Below, piece after piece: positions 37,770 to 48,398 of a stretch of DNA of 64,000 nt. The DNA lies in NCBI GenBank assembly GCA_051875395.1, contig JBJEGV010000009.1, forward strand, positions 19,756 to 83,755, in the 5' to 3' direction. The position numbers and the translations under genes were made by a program. Positions within the stretch are counted from its first letter, which is position 1, and each line of letters opens with the position of its first letter. This DNA comes from Alistipes sp. GTDB taxonomy: Bacteria > Bacteroidota > Bacteroidia > Bacteroidales > Rikenellaceae. The notes under the pieces were generated by a model. The model worked only from the letters and a program-made list of their open reading frames with translations, ran no database searches and was not told where the DNA came from.

Positions 37770-39377
37770 CTATTCCGTTTTCAAATCGGTAATTGTTTCG
37801 GCAGTCGATGTGTCCGGTCTCTCTGCCCCCAAAAGGCGTGCCACGGTCGGAGCAATCGAAGCCGTGCCGGTGCGCTTGTCGATGCGTTGCGGCGCGATTC
37901 CGCCACCGTAGATTATCAACGGTACATGCCGGTCGTAGTTGTAAGGCGAGCCGGAACACGACACCTTGTCTTCAACCTCCTCTATCCGCTCCGGCAACAG
38001 ACACACCATCACATCGCCCGAGCGTCGCGGATAAAAACCGTTCTGCATCAGGTGCGCGATGTCGTTGCCGAAATAGTTGTTCTGCATCGCCGTTGCCGAT
38101 ACGGCATACGCTATGCCTCGGAACTGCAAAGCGAACGATGCCGTTTCGGTTTGGATGTCGGCTACCGTCTTGCGATGTTTGTAGATGACGTCGCGGTTGA
38201 GATAGAGCGCATTGTCGCAGTATCCGAGTACCCATTCGTCCTGCCCGTGCCGTGCGCTGAGAAATGCGTTTACGATTACCTCGAATTGCCGCGCATTGAA
38301 CCTTTCGTCGGGTTGTGCGGCATCGGTTGTCTTGCCGATTGTGCGACTTGTGCCGTGGTCGGATGCAAGCGTAACCACGATGTTTGCCGTATTGTCGGTC
38401 TGGGCATACAGAAATGTCAGAAAATCGGCGAGCGTGTCGTCCAGACAATAGAGCATGTCTTCGTACTCTGCCGAATCGGGACCGAACGTCTCGACTATTG
38501 TCCGCGAGGTGTCGATATAGATGTTCAACACCTTGCGTTCGTCGGCTTTGAGCGGACACAATGCACTTACGGCGCGTTTGGCGAACTCGAAAATCGCAGG
38601 ACTGCCGGCAGGTGTCGCCAAAATGTTCGCAACGGCGTTGCGCGAGGCTGTCGGCTTGGTTGTCGGACGTTTGGCTTTGCTGTCGTTGTCGTATAGGGCA
38701 ACGGCAGTGGTGCGGCTGTTGCGGTAACGCTCTTTGGTGTATTTGCCGTACCATTGATAGCCGGCGAAGATGTTGTTGTATGCGTCCTCGTTGTACGAGC
38801 GTACCCACGAAGGCAATGCCTCCGTATAGCACTTTGCCGAACTCCAATTACCGCGTTCGTCCAACCAATAGCACTCGCCCGAACGTCCCGCTGTCAGTAT
38901 TGCCGATTGCGGAGTGTGCGCGATTGTGATGGAACGCGATGTCGGCGAATAGGCAGCGACGGCCTCGGCGAGGGTTTGCGAGACAATGCAGTCGCCCGAA
39001 TATGCGTCGGTTATGCCCGTGTAAGGCATTGCTGCGTTGTTGCCGGCTGCTTTGCACAACTCTATCGGTTTGTTTGTCGTGCGGTCGTACCAGATGCGCG
39101 ACACTATGCCGTGTACCGAAGGCAGGGTGCCGGATGCGAGCGTGGCAGCCCCCGCGTGTGTCGATGTCGGTGCATAGTCGGCATAGCACTCCGTAAATAC
39201 GGCTCCTTTGTCGGTGAGCCGTCGGAATCCGCCTTGCCCGAAATTGGCTCCGTATCGGTCGATGTCGGATGCCCGCATGCCGCTGACCACTATGTTTACG
39301 GCCAATTTGGGTTGTGCCGTTGCCGTTGCGACGCACAAAATTGCACAACATAAAACTATGGGGTAGTTCAAACGCAT
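37770..39377 (-). CDS. PafA-type alkaline phosphatase family protein, probable pseudo-enzyme
   Basis: Start MRLNYPIV, signal peptide; PKLAVNIVV, GGFRRL, ASDHG, GSPYNYDRHVPL; -7 box TAAATTTG 39402-39409. Confidence 0.85.
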   Translation of the reverse strand: MRLNYPIVLCCAILCVATATAQPKLAVNIVVSGMRASDIDRYGANFGQGGFRRLTDKGAVFTECYADYAPTSTHAGAATLASGTLPSVHGIVSRIWYDRTTNKPIELCKAAGNNAAMPYTGITDAYSGDCIVSQTLAEAVAAYSPTSRSITIAHTPQSAILTAGRSGECYWLDERGNWSSAKCYTEALPSWVRSYNEDAYNNIFAGYQWYGKYTKERYRNSRTTAVALYDNDSKAKRPTTKPTASRNAVANILATPAGSPAIFEFAKRAVSALCPLKADERKVLNIYIDTSRTIVETFGPDSAEYEDMLYCLDDTLADFLTFLYAQTDNTANIVVTLASDHGTSRTIGKTTDAAQPDERFNARQFEVIVNAFLSARHGQDEWVLGYCDNALYLNRDVIYKHRKTVADIQTETASFALQFRGIAYAVSATAMQNNYFGNDIAHLMQNGFYPRRSGDVMVCLLPERIEEVEDKVSCSGSPYNYDRHVPLIIYGGGIAPQRIDKRTGTASIAPTVARLLGAERPDTSTAETITDLKTE

Positions 39378-39414
39378 TTCAATTTTCGTTTTTCCGAACT
39401 GCAAATTTACGATT

Positions 39415-40377
39415 TTATTTTGCATGACGTGCGAAAAATTCTCGTTCGGCCGAGAAATTTATATCCGGCAGAGCCTCGATGCACTCCAACATGCGTTTGC
39501 AAAATGCGGCATACTCCCCGCTGTCGGGATTGAAAGGGCGATGTTCGGCTGCCGCCATAATCTGTTCCGCCTTCGGCAACAGACTCTGCGCCTTTGGCGA
39601 AAGGAGGGCTGCCGCAAATTTCTCCCAAATGTAATCTATCGCCTGTCGGTTGGGATGGACGAGGTCGGCGGCATAGAAGCGATAGTCGCGCAAATCGTCG
39701 TTCATTATCTCGTAAGAGGGGAAATAACGCACATTGTCGTAGCGTTCCGCAAGCATTGCGACGGCAAGCCTTAAAATCGCCTTGCTGATGCTGTTATCCT
39801 CCAAACCGTCGGCCGTATGACGAACGGGACTGACGGTAAGAATGACGAGTTTGTCGCGCAAAACGCCCTCCATGAGAGGCGCGTACATCTCCGCTATCTC
39901 CTCTGCCGACAACCTCTCGCGGCAAAATGTTGCCTGCGGCAGTTTATGGCAGTTGGCGACCACTTTGCCACTCTCCGCCAAGCGGTATATCCAAGCCGTG
40001 CCGAAGGTGAGTATCAGGCAATCGGCATCGCACAACGCCCTGTGTCCCTCGTCCAATGCCGCGTTGAGCCTTTGCAGAGCCGATGCCTGCGAACAGCCGT
40101 CGAGCGACGTGTGGGCATCGAAGGCAAACCATCTGCCTGCCGATTCGGTAATCTCCGATGCGGTATAGGCGCGATGTTCGGCAAAACGCCCGATTGCGGA
40201 GGCTATGGATGCGGGATTGAACAGTGTCCCCATGGGATTGACCGTGATTTGCAGTTTGGCGCGTTTGAGACGTTCTGCCATGTTTTCTGCAAAACACGAG
40301 CCGAGCGACAGCAGTCGGGTGCGGTAGTCGATGCGTCGGTCGAACGGTTTTATTTCTGCTTCTGTACGGAATTTCAT
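39415..40377 (-). CDS. GSCFA domain protein
   Basis: LGSCFAENM, NPMGTLFNP, TFGTAW, TVSPVRH, YFPSYEI, DDLRDYRFY; -7 box TACCTTTG 40400-40407. Confidence 0.92.
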   Translation of the reverse strand: MKFRTEAEIKPFDRRIDYRTRLLSLGSCFAENMAERLKRAKLQITVNPMGTLFNPASIASAIGRFAEHRAYTASEITESAGRWFAFDAHTSLDGCSQASALQRLNAALDEGHRALCDADCLILTFGTAWIYRLAESGKVVANCHKLPQATFCRERLSAEEIAEMYAPLMEGVLRDKLVILTVSPVRHTADGLEDNSISKAILRLAVAMLAERYDNVRYFPSYEIMNDDLRDYRFYAADLVHPNRQAIDYIWEKFAAALLSPKAQSLLPKAEQIMAAAEHRPFNPDSGEYAAFCKRMLECIEALPDINFSAEREFFARHAK

Positions 40378-40460
40378 CTGTTTATGCGGCTTTGTCCGAC
40401 AAAGGTATTAAGAATTTGGTTATCTTTACACCGATAAAACTTAAAACAAACACATATCTT

Positions 40461-42059
40461 ATGAAAAAACTTCTGATTTTTGTATTGACTGCCGTCTGCT
40501 TTGCTGCAACGGCATCGGCTCAAAATCCGCTCGTCGAAGTGCGCGGCAAAGTCGTCTCCGTTTCCGGAGAGCCGATTGCGGGTGTGGCGGTAAGCGACGG
40601 ATATACGGTGGCGGTTACCGACGACAGCGGCGAATACCGTTTCGACAGAGCCTCTGCGGCGGAGTTCGTCTTCTGCTCGATACCTGCCGAATATGCGGTG
40701 CCTTTGCGTCAGGGCGCACCGTGCTTTTACAAGAAACTGTCCGACGGCGGTAGTTACGACTTCGTGTTGCGTCCGCTGAAAAAGGGTGCGGAGAGCAACT
40801 TTACGCTCTTTTGCATCGCCGATCCGCAGTGCTATACCATTCATCATGTCAATCGCTTTCGGCACGAGACGGTACCCGACGTGCGTGCATCGGTAGCCAA
40901 ATGCAAATATCCCTGCTACGGCGTTTCGCTCGGCGACATAGGCTATACGGAGCGGAAGCATAATGCCACCTATGTATTGCCGTTGATGAAGACGGAGATG
41001 GCGAAAGAGAAGACGGGCATTCCCATATTCCAGACCATCGGCAATCACGACAACGAGTATCAGCCCATTGCGTTGAATGCCGGCAATCCGACACCGACCA
41101 TTCGTTTCCAGCGTATGTTCGAGGCTGTTTTCGGTCCGATTGACTATTCGTGGAATCGCGGCGATGCGCATATCGTTACGATGAACGATATAGTTTATCA
41201 CACCATCGAGACATCGGGCAAATATCACGGCGATTTTACCGATGCGCAGGTCGAGTGGCTGCGACAGGATTTGGCGTTGGTGCCGAAGAACAAACTCGTC
41301 ATATTGTGCGTCCATATTCCGTTGGCAGTCGCTGTCGAACGCGAGAATGTGCAGAAGGTGCTGGCTATGCTCGGCGAATTCGAGAACTGCCATATTATGT
41401 CGGGACACACCCACTACAATCGCAATTTCATCCACTCCAACGGCATTTACGAGCATATTCTTGCTGCTGCTTCGGGCGGTTGGTGGTGGTCGCGCAACAA
41501 TGGCGACGGAACACCCAACGGCTACGGCATATTCGAGGTGCGCGGCAACCAAATCGTCGATTGGCGATACAAGAGCGTGGGATTCGACGTCAAGCACCAA
41601 ATGCGGCTGTATCGCGGCGATGCGGAGTTCGGCGGCGATTACGAGCGGTTGAAACTGCCATTCGGCAGCGACGTGCTTTTGGCCAATGTGTGGAATGCCG
41701 ACAAGGATTGGAAGATAGAGGTGTACGAAGACGGCGTGCTGTCGGGCGAGATGACATTGATGCCGGCATCGCCGTACCGCGGCGATGAATATCCGTCGCT
41801 TTCGTCGAGTAAGGATTGGTGGGCAATCGGCTACCACGTCGGCGTTGTCGGACGAGGCCATTTCAAGGGCAGTACGCGCCGCAACTATTGTTCGCCGTGT
41901 TATCACATGTACAAATACACGCTCAAAAATCCGACAGCCAAAGTCAAGGTGGTCGCGACCGATTCCCACGGCCGCAAGTATTCGGAGAGCCATGTCATAG
42001 CCGGAGCCGAATATGCGGATGCCGTGCCTCCGACATATAAGCCGGACGAAGCGTGGTAG
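40461..42059 (+). CDS. Exported calcineurin-like metallophosphoesterase (paralog 2)
   Basis: Start MKKLLIFVL, signal peptide; GVAVSDG; IADPQ, LGDI, IGNHD, CVHIP, SGHTH; DGTPNGY. Confidence 0.9.
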   Translation: MKKLLIFVLTAVCFAATASAQNPLVEVRGKVVSVSGEPIAGVAVSDGYTVAVTDDSGEYRFDRASAAEFVFCSIPAEYAVPLRQGAPCFYKKLSDGGSYDFVLRPLKKGAESNFTLFCIADPQCYTIHHVNRFRHETVPDVRASVAKCKYPCYGVSLGDIGYTERKHNATYVLPLMKTEMAKEKTGIPIFQTIGNHDNEYQPIALNAGNPTPTIRFQRMFEAVFGPIDYSWNRGDAHIVTMNDIVYHTIETSGKYHGDFTDAQVEWLRQDLALVPKNKLVILCVHIPLAVAVERENVQKVLAMLGEFENCHIMSGHTHYNRNFIHSNGIYEHILAAASGGWWWSRNNGDGTPNGYGIFEVRGNQIVDWRYKSVGFDVKHQMRLYRGDAEFGGDYERLKLPFGSDVLLANVWNADKDWKIEVYEDGVLSGEMTLMPASPYRGDEYPSLSSSKDWWAIGYHVGVVGRGHFKGSTRRNYCSPCYHMYKYTLKNPTAKVKVVATDSHGRKYSESHVIAGAEYADAVPPTYKPDEAW

Positions 42060-42090
42060 GGGAGTGGCGGATACCGCCTGCATCTCGTAA

Positions 42091-42127
42091 AAAACGGTCG
42101 AAACCTTTATGGGATTTCGACCGTTTT
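42091..42127. terminator. Bidirectional terminator
   Basis: 13-bp IR AAAACGGTCGAAA / TTTCGACCGTTTT between convergent genes. Confidence 0.8.
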
Positions 42128-42143
42128 GCTTTGTTGCGGTTGT

Positions 42144-44117
42144 CTATTTCAGAAAATCCTCGAAATAGTCGGTTACTTTCTGCATGAGATGCACCCTGTC
42201 GCGTCCCACCACGTTGTGGTCGGCTCGCGGATAAGGGAAATAATCGACCTGTACGTTTTGCTTTATGCACTCGTCGATGAAATTGAGCGAATGCTGCCAT
42301 ACGACCGTGCGGTCCATTGCGCCTTGACAAATCAGCAGTTTGCCCTTCAAATCTTTGGCACGCGGAATCAGCGATACCGATGCGAAACCCTCTGCATTGG
42401 TCTGTTCGGTCTCCATATACCGTTCGCCGTACATTACCTCGTACCATTTCCAATCGATTACGGGGCCGCCTGCCACACCGACTTTGAATACATCCGGATA
42501 GTTGGTCATCAGCGAGATAGTCATAAATCCGCCATACGACCAGCCGTGTACGCCTACCCGCGTACTGTCTGCCCATTCGTGCGACAGCAGCCATTGCAAT
42601 CCTGCCATTTGGTCTGCCATTTCGCACTTGCCGCACCGACGGTGAATCGCCTGTTCGTATTCCGTGCCGCGGTTTGCCGTGCCTCGGTTGTCCATCACGA
42701 AAACCACATATCCGCGCTGTGCCATGTACATCTCCCAACGCCGCAATGTCGCCTGAAAGTTGTTGCGGACAAGTTGCGAATGCGGTCCGCCATAGACGTA
42801 CAGTATGACGGGATAGCGTTTCGACGGGTCGAAATCGAGCGGTTTTATCAGGCGGTAATAGTTGTCGTATTTGCCGTCGGCACTGCGTACGGAGCCGAGT
42901 TCGATGGCGGAGTAGTTGTAGCCCTTCGACGGATTGTCGGCACGGAACTCCTCGCGATAGAAGGTACCGTCGGTCGAGCCTATGGCAACCACGCGCGGCG
43001 TGTCGAGCGACGAGTAATCGTCGGCAAAATAGCGACCGTCGGGCGAAAGCGTGCAGATGTGCCAACCTGCTTCGCGCGTAAGGCGCAGCGTTTTGCCCGT
43101 GCGCAGGCTCTTGCGGAACAGATGCCGTTCGATTGGCGATATTTCGGCGGAGTAGTAGTAAACGGCATCGGCACTCTGCCCTATGTATGTTACGTCGGCA
43201 TCTACTGCCGTAAGACGTTCAATCGACTCCTGCGATACCGAACAGAAATAGAGGTTGCGGTAACCGTCGCGGTTGTTGGTCGTGTAGATGAATTTGTCGC
43301 CGTCGCCGTCGAGGAAGTAGAGCGGATGCGACGGCTCTACATAGCGGTCGCTGTGTTCGGTGAGGAGGGTGGCCACAAATTGCCCGTCGGCTGCGTTGTA
43401 GCGATTCAGCCGCATATTCTTTTGTCGGCGGTCGAGTACCTGCACATAAACGTCCCGCGAGTCGGGCGACCATGTAGGATGGATTATGTACCGCTCCTCG
43501 TCGAAATCGGTAACATCGAGATATGCTACACGTCGGGTCGCGGTGTCGTATATGCCCACTTTTACGCGCTCCGACGACATGCCGTTCATCGGATATTTTA
43601 TCTCCTCCAAAGTGCCTGTGCGGGTGGTGATGTCCACGAGCGGGAAGGTACCTACTCGCGATTCGTCCTTGATATAGAATGCCAAACGACTGTTGTCGGG
43701 CGACGGAAACAGCCCTGTGGCGATGCCGAATTCGTTGCGCGAGACCGAGGTGCCGCAGACTATGTTGCGGTCGGCGAAATCGGTTACTTTATGCTCTGTG
43801 CCGTCGGCATCTATCCATACTATGTTGTTGTCGCGCAATTCGGCATGCGGCATATTCGCGCGCTTTTCGGACGGAGCGGATGTCGTGTGCCGTTTGCCGG
43901 TGCGTATATCGACCGCATAATGCTTGCCTGCCTGCTCGGTTATGTATTCGCGCGGATTCTCGGCACTCCACTTTACGGAGTATGTTTGGGGTATTAGCGA
44001 TTTGTTCAGAATCGCATCCTCCATTGTAAGCAGTTTTCGGTCGGCTGTTTGTGCCGATACCGAACAAACCGTCGCCAATGTTGCAATGACGACGGCTCGG
44101 AATGTCGCAATTTTCAT
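42144..44117 (-). CDS. S9B peptidase (DPP IV / prolyl tripeptidyl peptidase type)
   Basis: Start MKIATFRAVV overlapping the upstream stop (TAATG); YVYGGP, DNRG, GWSYGG (Ser), GAMD (Asp), DHNV (His). Confidence 0.9.
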   Translation of the reverse strand: MKIATFRAVVIATLATVCSVSAQTADRKLLTMEDAILNKSLIPQTYSVKWSAENPREYITEQAGKHYAVDIRTGKRHTTSAPSEKRANMPHAELRDNNIVWIDADGTEHKVTDFADRNIVCGTSVSRNEFGIATGLFPSPDNSRLAFYIKDESRVGTFPLVDITTRTGTLEEIKYPMNGMSSERVKVGIYDTATRRVAYLDVTDFDEERYIIHPTWSPDSRDVYVQVLDRRQKNMRLNRYNAADGQFVATLLTEHSDRYVEPSHPLYFLDGDGDKFIYTTNNRDGYRNLYFCSVSQESIERLTAVDADVTYIGQSADAVYYYSAEISPIERHLFRKSLRTGKTLRLTREAGWHICTLSPDGRYFADDYSSLDTPRVVAIGSTDGTFYREEFRADNPSKGYNYSAIELGSVRSADGKYDNYYRLIKPLDFDPSKRYPVILYVYGGPHSQLVRNNFQATLRRWEMYMAQRGYVVFVMDNRGTANRGTEYEQAIHRRCGKCEMADQMAGLQWLLSHEWADSTRVGVHGWSYGGFMTISLMTNYPDVFKVGVAGGPVIDWKWYEVMYGERYMETEQTNAEGFASVSLIPRAKDLKGKLLICQGAMDRTVVWQHSLNFIDECIKQNVQVDYFPYPRADHNVVGRDRVHLMQKVTDYFEDFLK

Positions 44118-45118
44118 TAGAACAGATATTTTTCGGTTTTGACCCGTTTGATAAGCGAGAAAATGTGTCGCCAAGCCTCTTCGCCGAGAGTCGTGCCGAC
44201 CACCTCGATAACTTTTCCGGCAGTGATTGCGCCGATTGTGCCGCATTGACGCAACGACAATCCTTCGCAGAGCGCATAGAGGAAACCTGCTGCATAGAAA
44301 TCGCCTGCACCGGTCGTATCGACCCGCTTTGCCGCTGCCATGATGCCTACATGAATAACCTCGCTGCCGCGCTTGATGAGTGCGCCTTTCATGCCTATCT
44401 TGACAATCGTCAGTTCGCAAATCTCCGAGATTGCCTGCAAGGCGTTGATTGGCTCGGTCTCGCCCGTAAACATCTTCGCTTCGTCCTCGTTGGCGAAGAG
44501 AATATCCACATACTCTTTCGTCAGTCGATAGAGAAATTCGCGATTCTCCTCGACGACGTTGAAACTTGCCAAGTCTATGGCTATTTTCAAACCGCGCTGC
44601 TTTGCCACGCACATAGCCGTTTCGATGAGCGTGTGGTCTTGCACGAGGTAGCCTTCGACATATAGGCAATCGTATCCGTCGAATATCTCGGGGCGGATTT
44701 CGTCGGACGACAACTCTTCCGCTGCTCCGAGGTGCGTCAGCATCGTTCGTTCGCCATCGGGCGATATAAGCGACACGCATTTGCCCGAACGGTTGCGCCC
44801 GCGGAATATGACGGGTTTGATTTTGAGGTTTTCGAGAGCCTGCTCGAAGAAATCGCCCGTTGTGTCGCAGCCGACCTTGCCGATGAATCCTACGGGAGTG
44901 CCGAGCCGAGCCATCGCGCGAATGGTATTGTCTGCCGAGCCGCCGAGCGACAGCGAATAAGGGAATCCGGCAACCGATTTCGAGATTTCCGATTGCAATG
45001 CGCTGTTGACAAGCGACATCGAGCCTTTGGCAATGCCGTATGCCGAAAGCACTGCATCGGATTGCAGATTTACGAGCATGTCGGTCAGGGCGTTGCCTAT
45101 GCCTATTACTTTCTTCAT
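44117..45118 (-). CDS. PfkB family kinase (adenosine kinase-like)
   Basis: IGIGNALTD, LGGSADNT, DGERTMLTHLGAA, DTTGAGDFYAAG. Confidence 0.9.
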   Translation of the reverse strand: MKKVIGIGNALTDMLVNLQSDAVLSAYGIAKGSMSLVNSALQSEISKSVAGFPYSLSLGGSADNTIRAMARLGTPVGFIGKVGCDTTGDFFEQALENLKIKPVIFRGRNRSGKCVSLISPDGERTMLTHLGAAEELSSDEIRPEIFDGYDCLYVEGYLVQDHTLIETAMCVAKQRGLKIAIDLASFNVVEENREFLYRLTKEYVDILFANEDEAKMFTGETEPINALQAISEICELTIVKIGMKGALIKRGSEVIHVGIMAAAKRVDTTGAGDFYAAGFLYALCEGLSLRQCGTIGAITAGKVIEVVGTTLGEEAWRHIFSLIKRVKTEKYLF

Positions 45119-45139
45119 TATACTGTTTGGATGGTTGAG

Positions 45140-46120
45140 TTAAATCGACAGCACCCTTACGAGGTCTGTCATGTCATGACTTAATTTCTTGGTATGGCTT
45201 ATCGCCTGAGAGAACGGTACATATACGATTTCGCCGTTGCGTATTCCCGTCATGACGTTGCGCTGTCCCTCTTGCAGTGCGGTTATGGCAGCCGAGCCGA
45301 GCCGCGAAGCGAGTATGCGGTCGAACGCCGATGGCGAGCCGCCGCGTTGCAGATGGCCGAGTATCGTTACGCGGGCATCGTATTGCGGATATTCGCGCTT
45401 CACACGTTCGGCAAGCCCCATCGCTCCGCCTGTTTGGGGATTTTCGGCGACGAGTACGATTGCCGAATTTTTGTTCTTGCGGAAACCGTTGTCGATGAGC
45501 GTTTTTAATTGGTCGTCCTCCGTCTCCATTTCCGGAATTATGGCCGCTTCCGCTCCCGTGGCAAGTGCGCCGTTGAGTGCGAGGTAGCCCGCCGTATGTC
45601 CCATAACCTCCACGAAAAACAACCGCTCGTGGCTCGTCGCCGTGTCGCGGATTTTATCGACGCACTCCATAATCGTATTCAACGCCGTATCGAAACCTAT
45701 GGTCGAATCCGTTCCCGACAGGTCGTTGTCGATTGTCCCCGGCAATGCCACAATCGGGATGTTGTACTCCTCGGCAAAGATGCGTGCGCCCGTTATCGTA
45801 CCATCGCCGCCGATTGCCACAATGGCATCGATACCTGCCCTCCGCATATTGTCATAGGCGGTTTTGCGGCCTTCCGGCGTGGTAAATTCGGGACAGCGTG
45901 CTGTGCGCAAAATGGTGCCGCCTTTCTGAATGATGTTGCTTACGCTGTCGGAATGGAACTCGACTATTTCGTTGTTTATCAGTCCGCGGTATCCGCGCAT
46001 GATGCCCTTGACCGACAATCCGTTGTAGATTGCCGTTCGGGTTACGGCGCGAATGGCGGCATTCATACCGGGTGCATCGCCGCCCGATGTGAGTACACCG
46101 ATACATTTTATCGTCTCCAT
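45140..46120 (-). CDS. pfkA: ATP-dependent 6-phosphofructokinase
   Basis: [39 protein letters not shown]; -7 box TACCTTTG 46153-46160. Confidence 0.95.
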   Translation of the reverse strand: METIKCIGVLTSGGDAPGMNAAIRAVTRTAIYNGLSVKGIMRGYRGLINNEIVEFHSDSVSNIIQKGGTILRTARCPEFTTPEGRKTAYDNMRRAGIDAIVAIGGDGTITGARIFAEEYNIPIVALPGTIDNDLSGTDSTIGFDTALNTIMECVDKIRDTATSHERLFFVEVMGHTAGYLALNGALATGAEAAIIPEMETEDDQLKTLIDNGFRKNKNSAIVLVAENPQTGGAMGLAERVKREYPQYDARVTILGHLQRGGSPSAFDRILASRLGSAAITALQEGQRNVMTGIRNGEIVYVPFSQAISHTKKLSHDMTDLVRVLSI

Positions 46121-46257
46121 GGTCTATATTGTTGTGTTTGACAAAATACGCTCAAAGGTAACAATTTATTTGCAAAATGCGTGCAATTGCGTCCGATATG
46201 CGACAAAAAAAGCGGTGTGTAACGATAACGCGGCATTTGGCCGGTTCTTCATACCTT

Positions 46258-46300
46258 AAAAAAGGGAAGTGGCGGATTTTGCATTCCGCCACAACCCCTC
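46258..46300 (-). terminator. Terminator of the Psp/PadR operon
   Basis: Minus strand GAGGGG-TTGTGGCGGA..TCCGCCAC-TTCCCTT followed by T run. Confidence 0.7.
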
Positions 46301-46337
46301 GTTACTATGAAAATGCTTTTGGTTTGGAAAAGTCTCT

Positions 46338-47495
46338 TTATTTGTCGGCACTCGGCACATCGGTAGCATTGAGCAGCCGAGCGTATTCGAGGCTGTCGAT
46401 TTCGCTCTCGCCGATGTCGCCCGCATCCAACGATTCGACCGTTGCCATGATTCGGTCCACCTCCGATTCCGACATCGAGCCGATGGTGCGTACCGATGCA
46501 AATACGGTGGCGATAATCAGCATAATCCACACAATCAGCGAGGAGAGCATAATCCACAGGCGCGGGCGTTTGCTGAATACGAGCGCGATGAATATGTAGA
46601 GCAGTACGGCTGCCGGTATCAGACATACGAGTATTGCGAGTGCCGCCACTGCGCCTCCCTGCGAGCCGACGATGTCGAACAGAACATTGAGGTTGCCGAA
46701 ATCGGCCAAACTGGCAATCGCGCCTCCCATGCCGAATATCAGTCCGAACAGGGCGATGAGCAGCATTACGCAGACGAATATCAGCGGCAATGCCAACAGC
46801 ACCACAAAAATTTTGAGCAGTACGCCGATGATTATGCCCAATGCCGTAACTATCGATGCCACAGCCGATTTAGCCTTCTGTTCCTGCGTTGCGGAAGCGG
46901 TCGTGTTGCGTATCGAATTTGCGGTTATCGGCTCGCCGTTCATTTCGAGTTTCTGTCGTGCCGATTGTGCGGCAGGTATGGCAAACCATGCCACGATGTA
47001 TGCGACGCAGAACATCAGGAACAGATGACCGAATATCTGCGAGATACATGTGTTGTACAGTATCCAACTCAACAGCAGCGGTGCGAACAGTCCGAGCCGA
47101 ATCCAAACGGCATCGGTGTCGAAGTATTTGCCGAGTCCCGCACATACGCCGCCGAGTTTGGAATTCTCGACATCGCGGTACAGACGGCGTGGAATGCGGG
47201 TGTCGCTTTTGATTGGCTCGTCGGCACTCTCCGCGTCCGATATGTCTTCGGCATCGCCGAGTTGCGCGATGATGTTTTCGATTAGCGGCAGACATACGGT
47301 CTGCTCCGCGCTCCGTTGTGCCGACAAAATCAGTTCGGCTATGCGTGCTTCGATGTCGGCCGTTATCTCCTTGCCGTCGGGGTCGTTTTTGTACGCCTTT
47401 TTGAGCGAGGCGAGATAATCGTTCAGCCGGTGGTAGGCGTCGGTTTCAAGGGTGAAAGAGATGCCCGATATGCTGCATTTTTTGATTTCGTTCAT
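46338..47495 (-). CDS. PspC domain membrane protein (long form)
   Basis: Start MNEIKKCSISG; DIEARIAEL N-domain; RRLYRDVENSKLGGVCAGLG PspC; IPAAQSARQKLEMNGEP; several TMs. Confidence 0.88.
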   Translation of the reverse strand: MNEIKKCSISGISFTLETDAYHRLNDYLASLKKAYKNDPDGKEITADIEARIAELILSAQRSAEQTVCLPLIENIIAQLGDAEDISDAESADEPIKSDTRIPRRLYRDVENSKLGGVCAGLGKYFDTDAVWIRLGLFAPLLLSWILYNTCISQIFGHLFLMFCVAYIVAWFAIPAAQSARQKLEMNGEPITANSIRNTTASATQEQKAKSAVASIVTALGIIIGVLLKIFVVLLALPLIFVCVMLLIALFGLIFGMGGAIASLADFGNLNVLFDIVGSQGGAVAALAILVCLIPAAVLLYIFIALVFSKRPRLWIMLSSLIVWIMLIIATVFASVRTIGSMSESEVDRIMATVESLDAGDIGESEIDSLEYARLLNATDVPSADK

Positions 47496-47499
47496 GGTC

Positions 47500-48375
47500 T
47501 TAAAGTATTTGCTTTTGAATTTTGCTCGCACCGGAGTTCGATGCTTTTATTATGGTGCAGTTGCCCGAATAGATGATTTTCGATGCTCCGATTGCCTCTG
47601 CCGAGAGCGTTCCGTCGCAATGTATGGTCGCCTTCGATGCTCCCGCAGCCTGTAAGTTGCATGTGGTACCCGTTGCGACGATGAGCGATGCTCCGACGAC
47701 GGATGCTTCGAGCGTGTGGCATTTGAAGTCGCCGGCATTCATTTTCGATGCGCCGGCTACCTTGATGTCGCATTTCTGCGTACTGCCCGAGAGTGTTGCG
47801 CTCGATGCTCCGGCAATCTCCAACTCGCACTCGGCTGCGTTCAGGGTGGCTTTGATTGACGATGCTCCCGCACAATCGATGTCTGCCTTGCCGTTTACAT
47901 CGGCTGCGAGCAGTATTTGTGCCGCTCCCGTGGCCTCCAACTCCAAGTTGGTCGCAACGAGCGTGGGTTTCGCAATCACGCAGGCTGCTCCCGTGGCGGA
48001 TATTTCCGAGATGCGTCCGTTGTTCGGAATATGCACTTCGGCGGAGTATCTGGTATTGTTGTTTACGACAACGGTCTTGCGCTTTTTGCGGAACTCGTCC
48101 ACGAGCCTTGCGTAAAGTTTGCCATCCTTGACGGTTACATCGACATAAGGCATGATATCCTTTGTGGCGCGGATGATGATGTTGCCCTCCGAGCGGTCGT
48201 CGATGATGAGTTTGATGGCGTGGGTAACGTCTATTTCGTGGAAATTCATGGTGCTGCGACGAGCCTCCATTACCACATTGTTGTTTTTGTCGGTCTGATT
48301 GCCGGTTGCTGCTGTTGCGGCTGTTGCCGTAAACAGCGAAGCGGCAGCCAACGCGGATAACAATAATCGTTTCAT
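47500..48375 (-). CDS. Secreted head-GIN / DUF2807 beta-helix protein
   Basis: Start MKRLLLSAL, signal peptide; repeated xGAS(S/K)x units about every 19 aa. Confidence 0.85.
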   Translation of the reverse strand: MKRLLLSALAAASLFTATAATAATGNQTDKNNNVVMEARRSTMNFHEIDVTHAIKLIIDDRSEGNIIIRATKDIMPYVDVTVKDGKLYARLVDEFRKKRKTVVVNNNTRYSAEVHIPNNGRISEISATGAACVIAKPTLVATNLELEATGAAQILLAADVNGKADIDCAGASSIKATLNAAECELEIAGASSATLSGSTQKCDIKVAGASKMNAGDFKCHTLEASVVGASLIVATGTTCNLQAAGASKATIHCDGTLSAEAIGASKIIYSGNCTIIKASNSGASKIQKQIL

Positions 48376-48398
48376 GGTCTTTTGATGGTTTTTGATGG

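Noticed and set aside
47500-48375. Periodic GAS repeats as a novel tandem repeat
   Set aside because: Explained by the beta-helix coils of the DUF2807/GIN domain.
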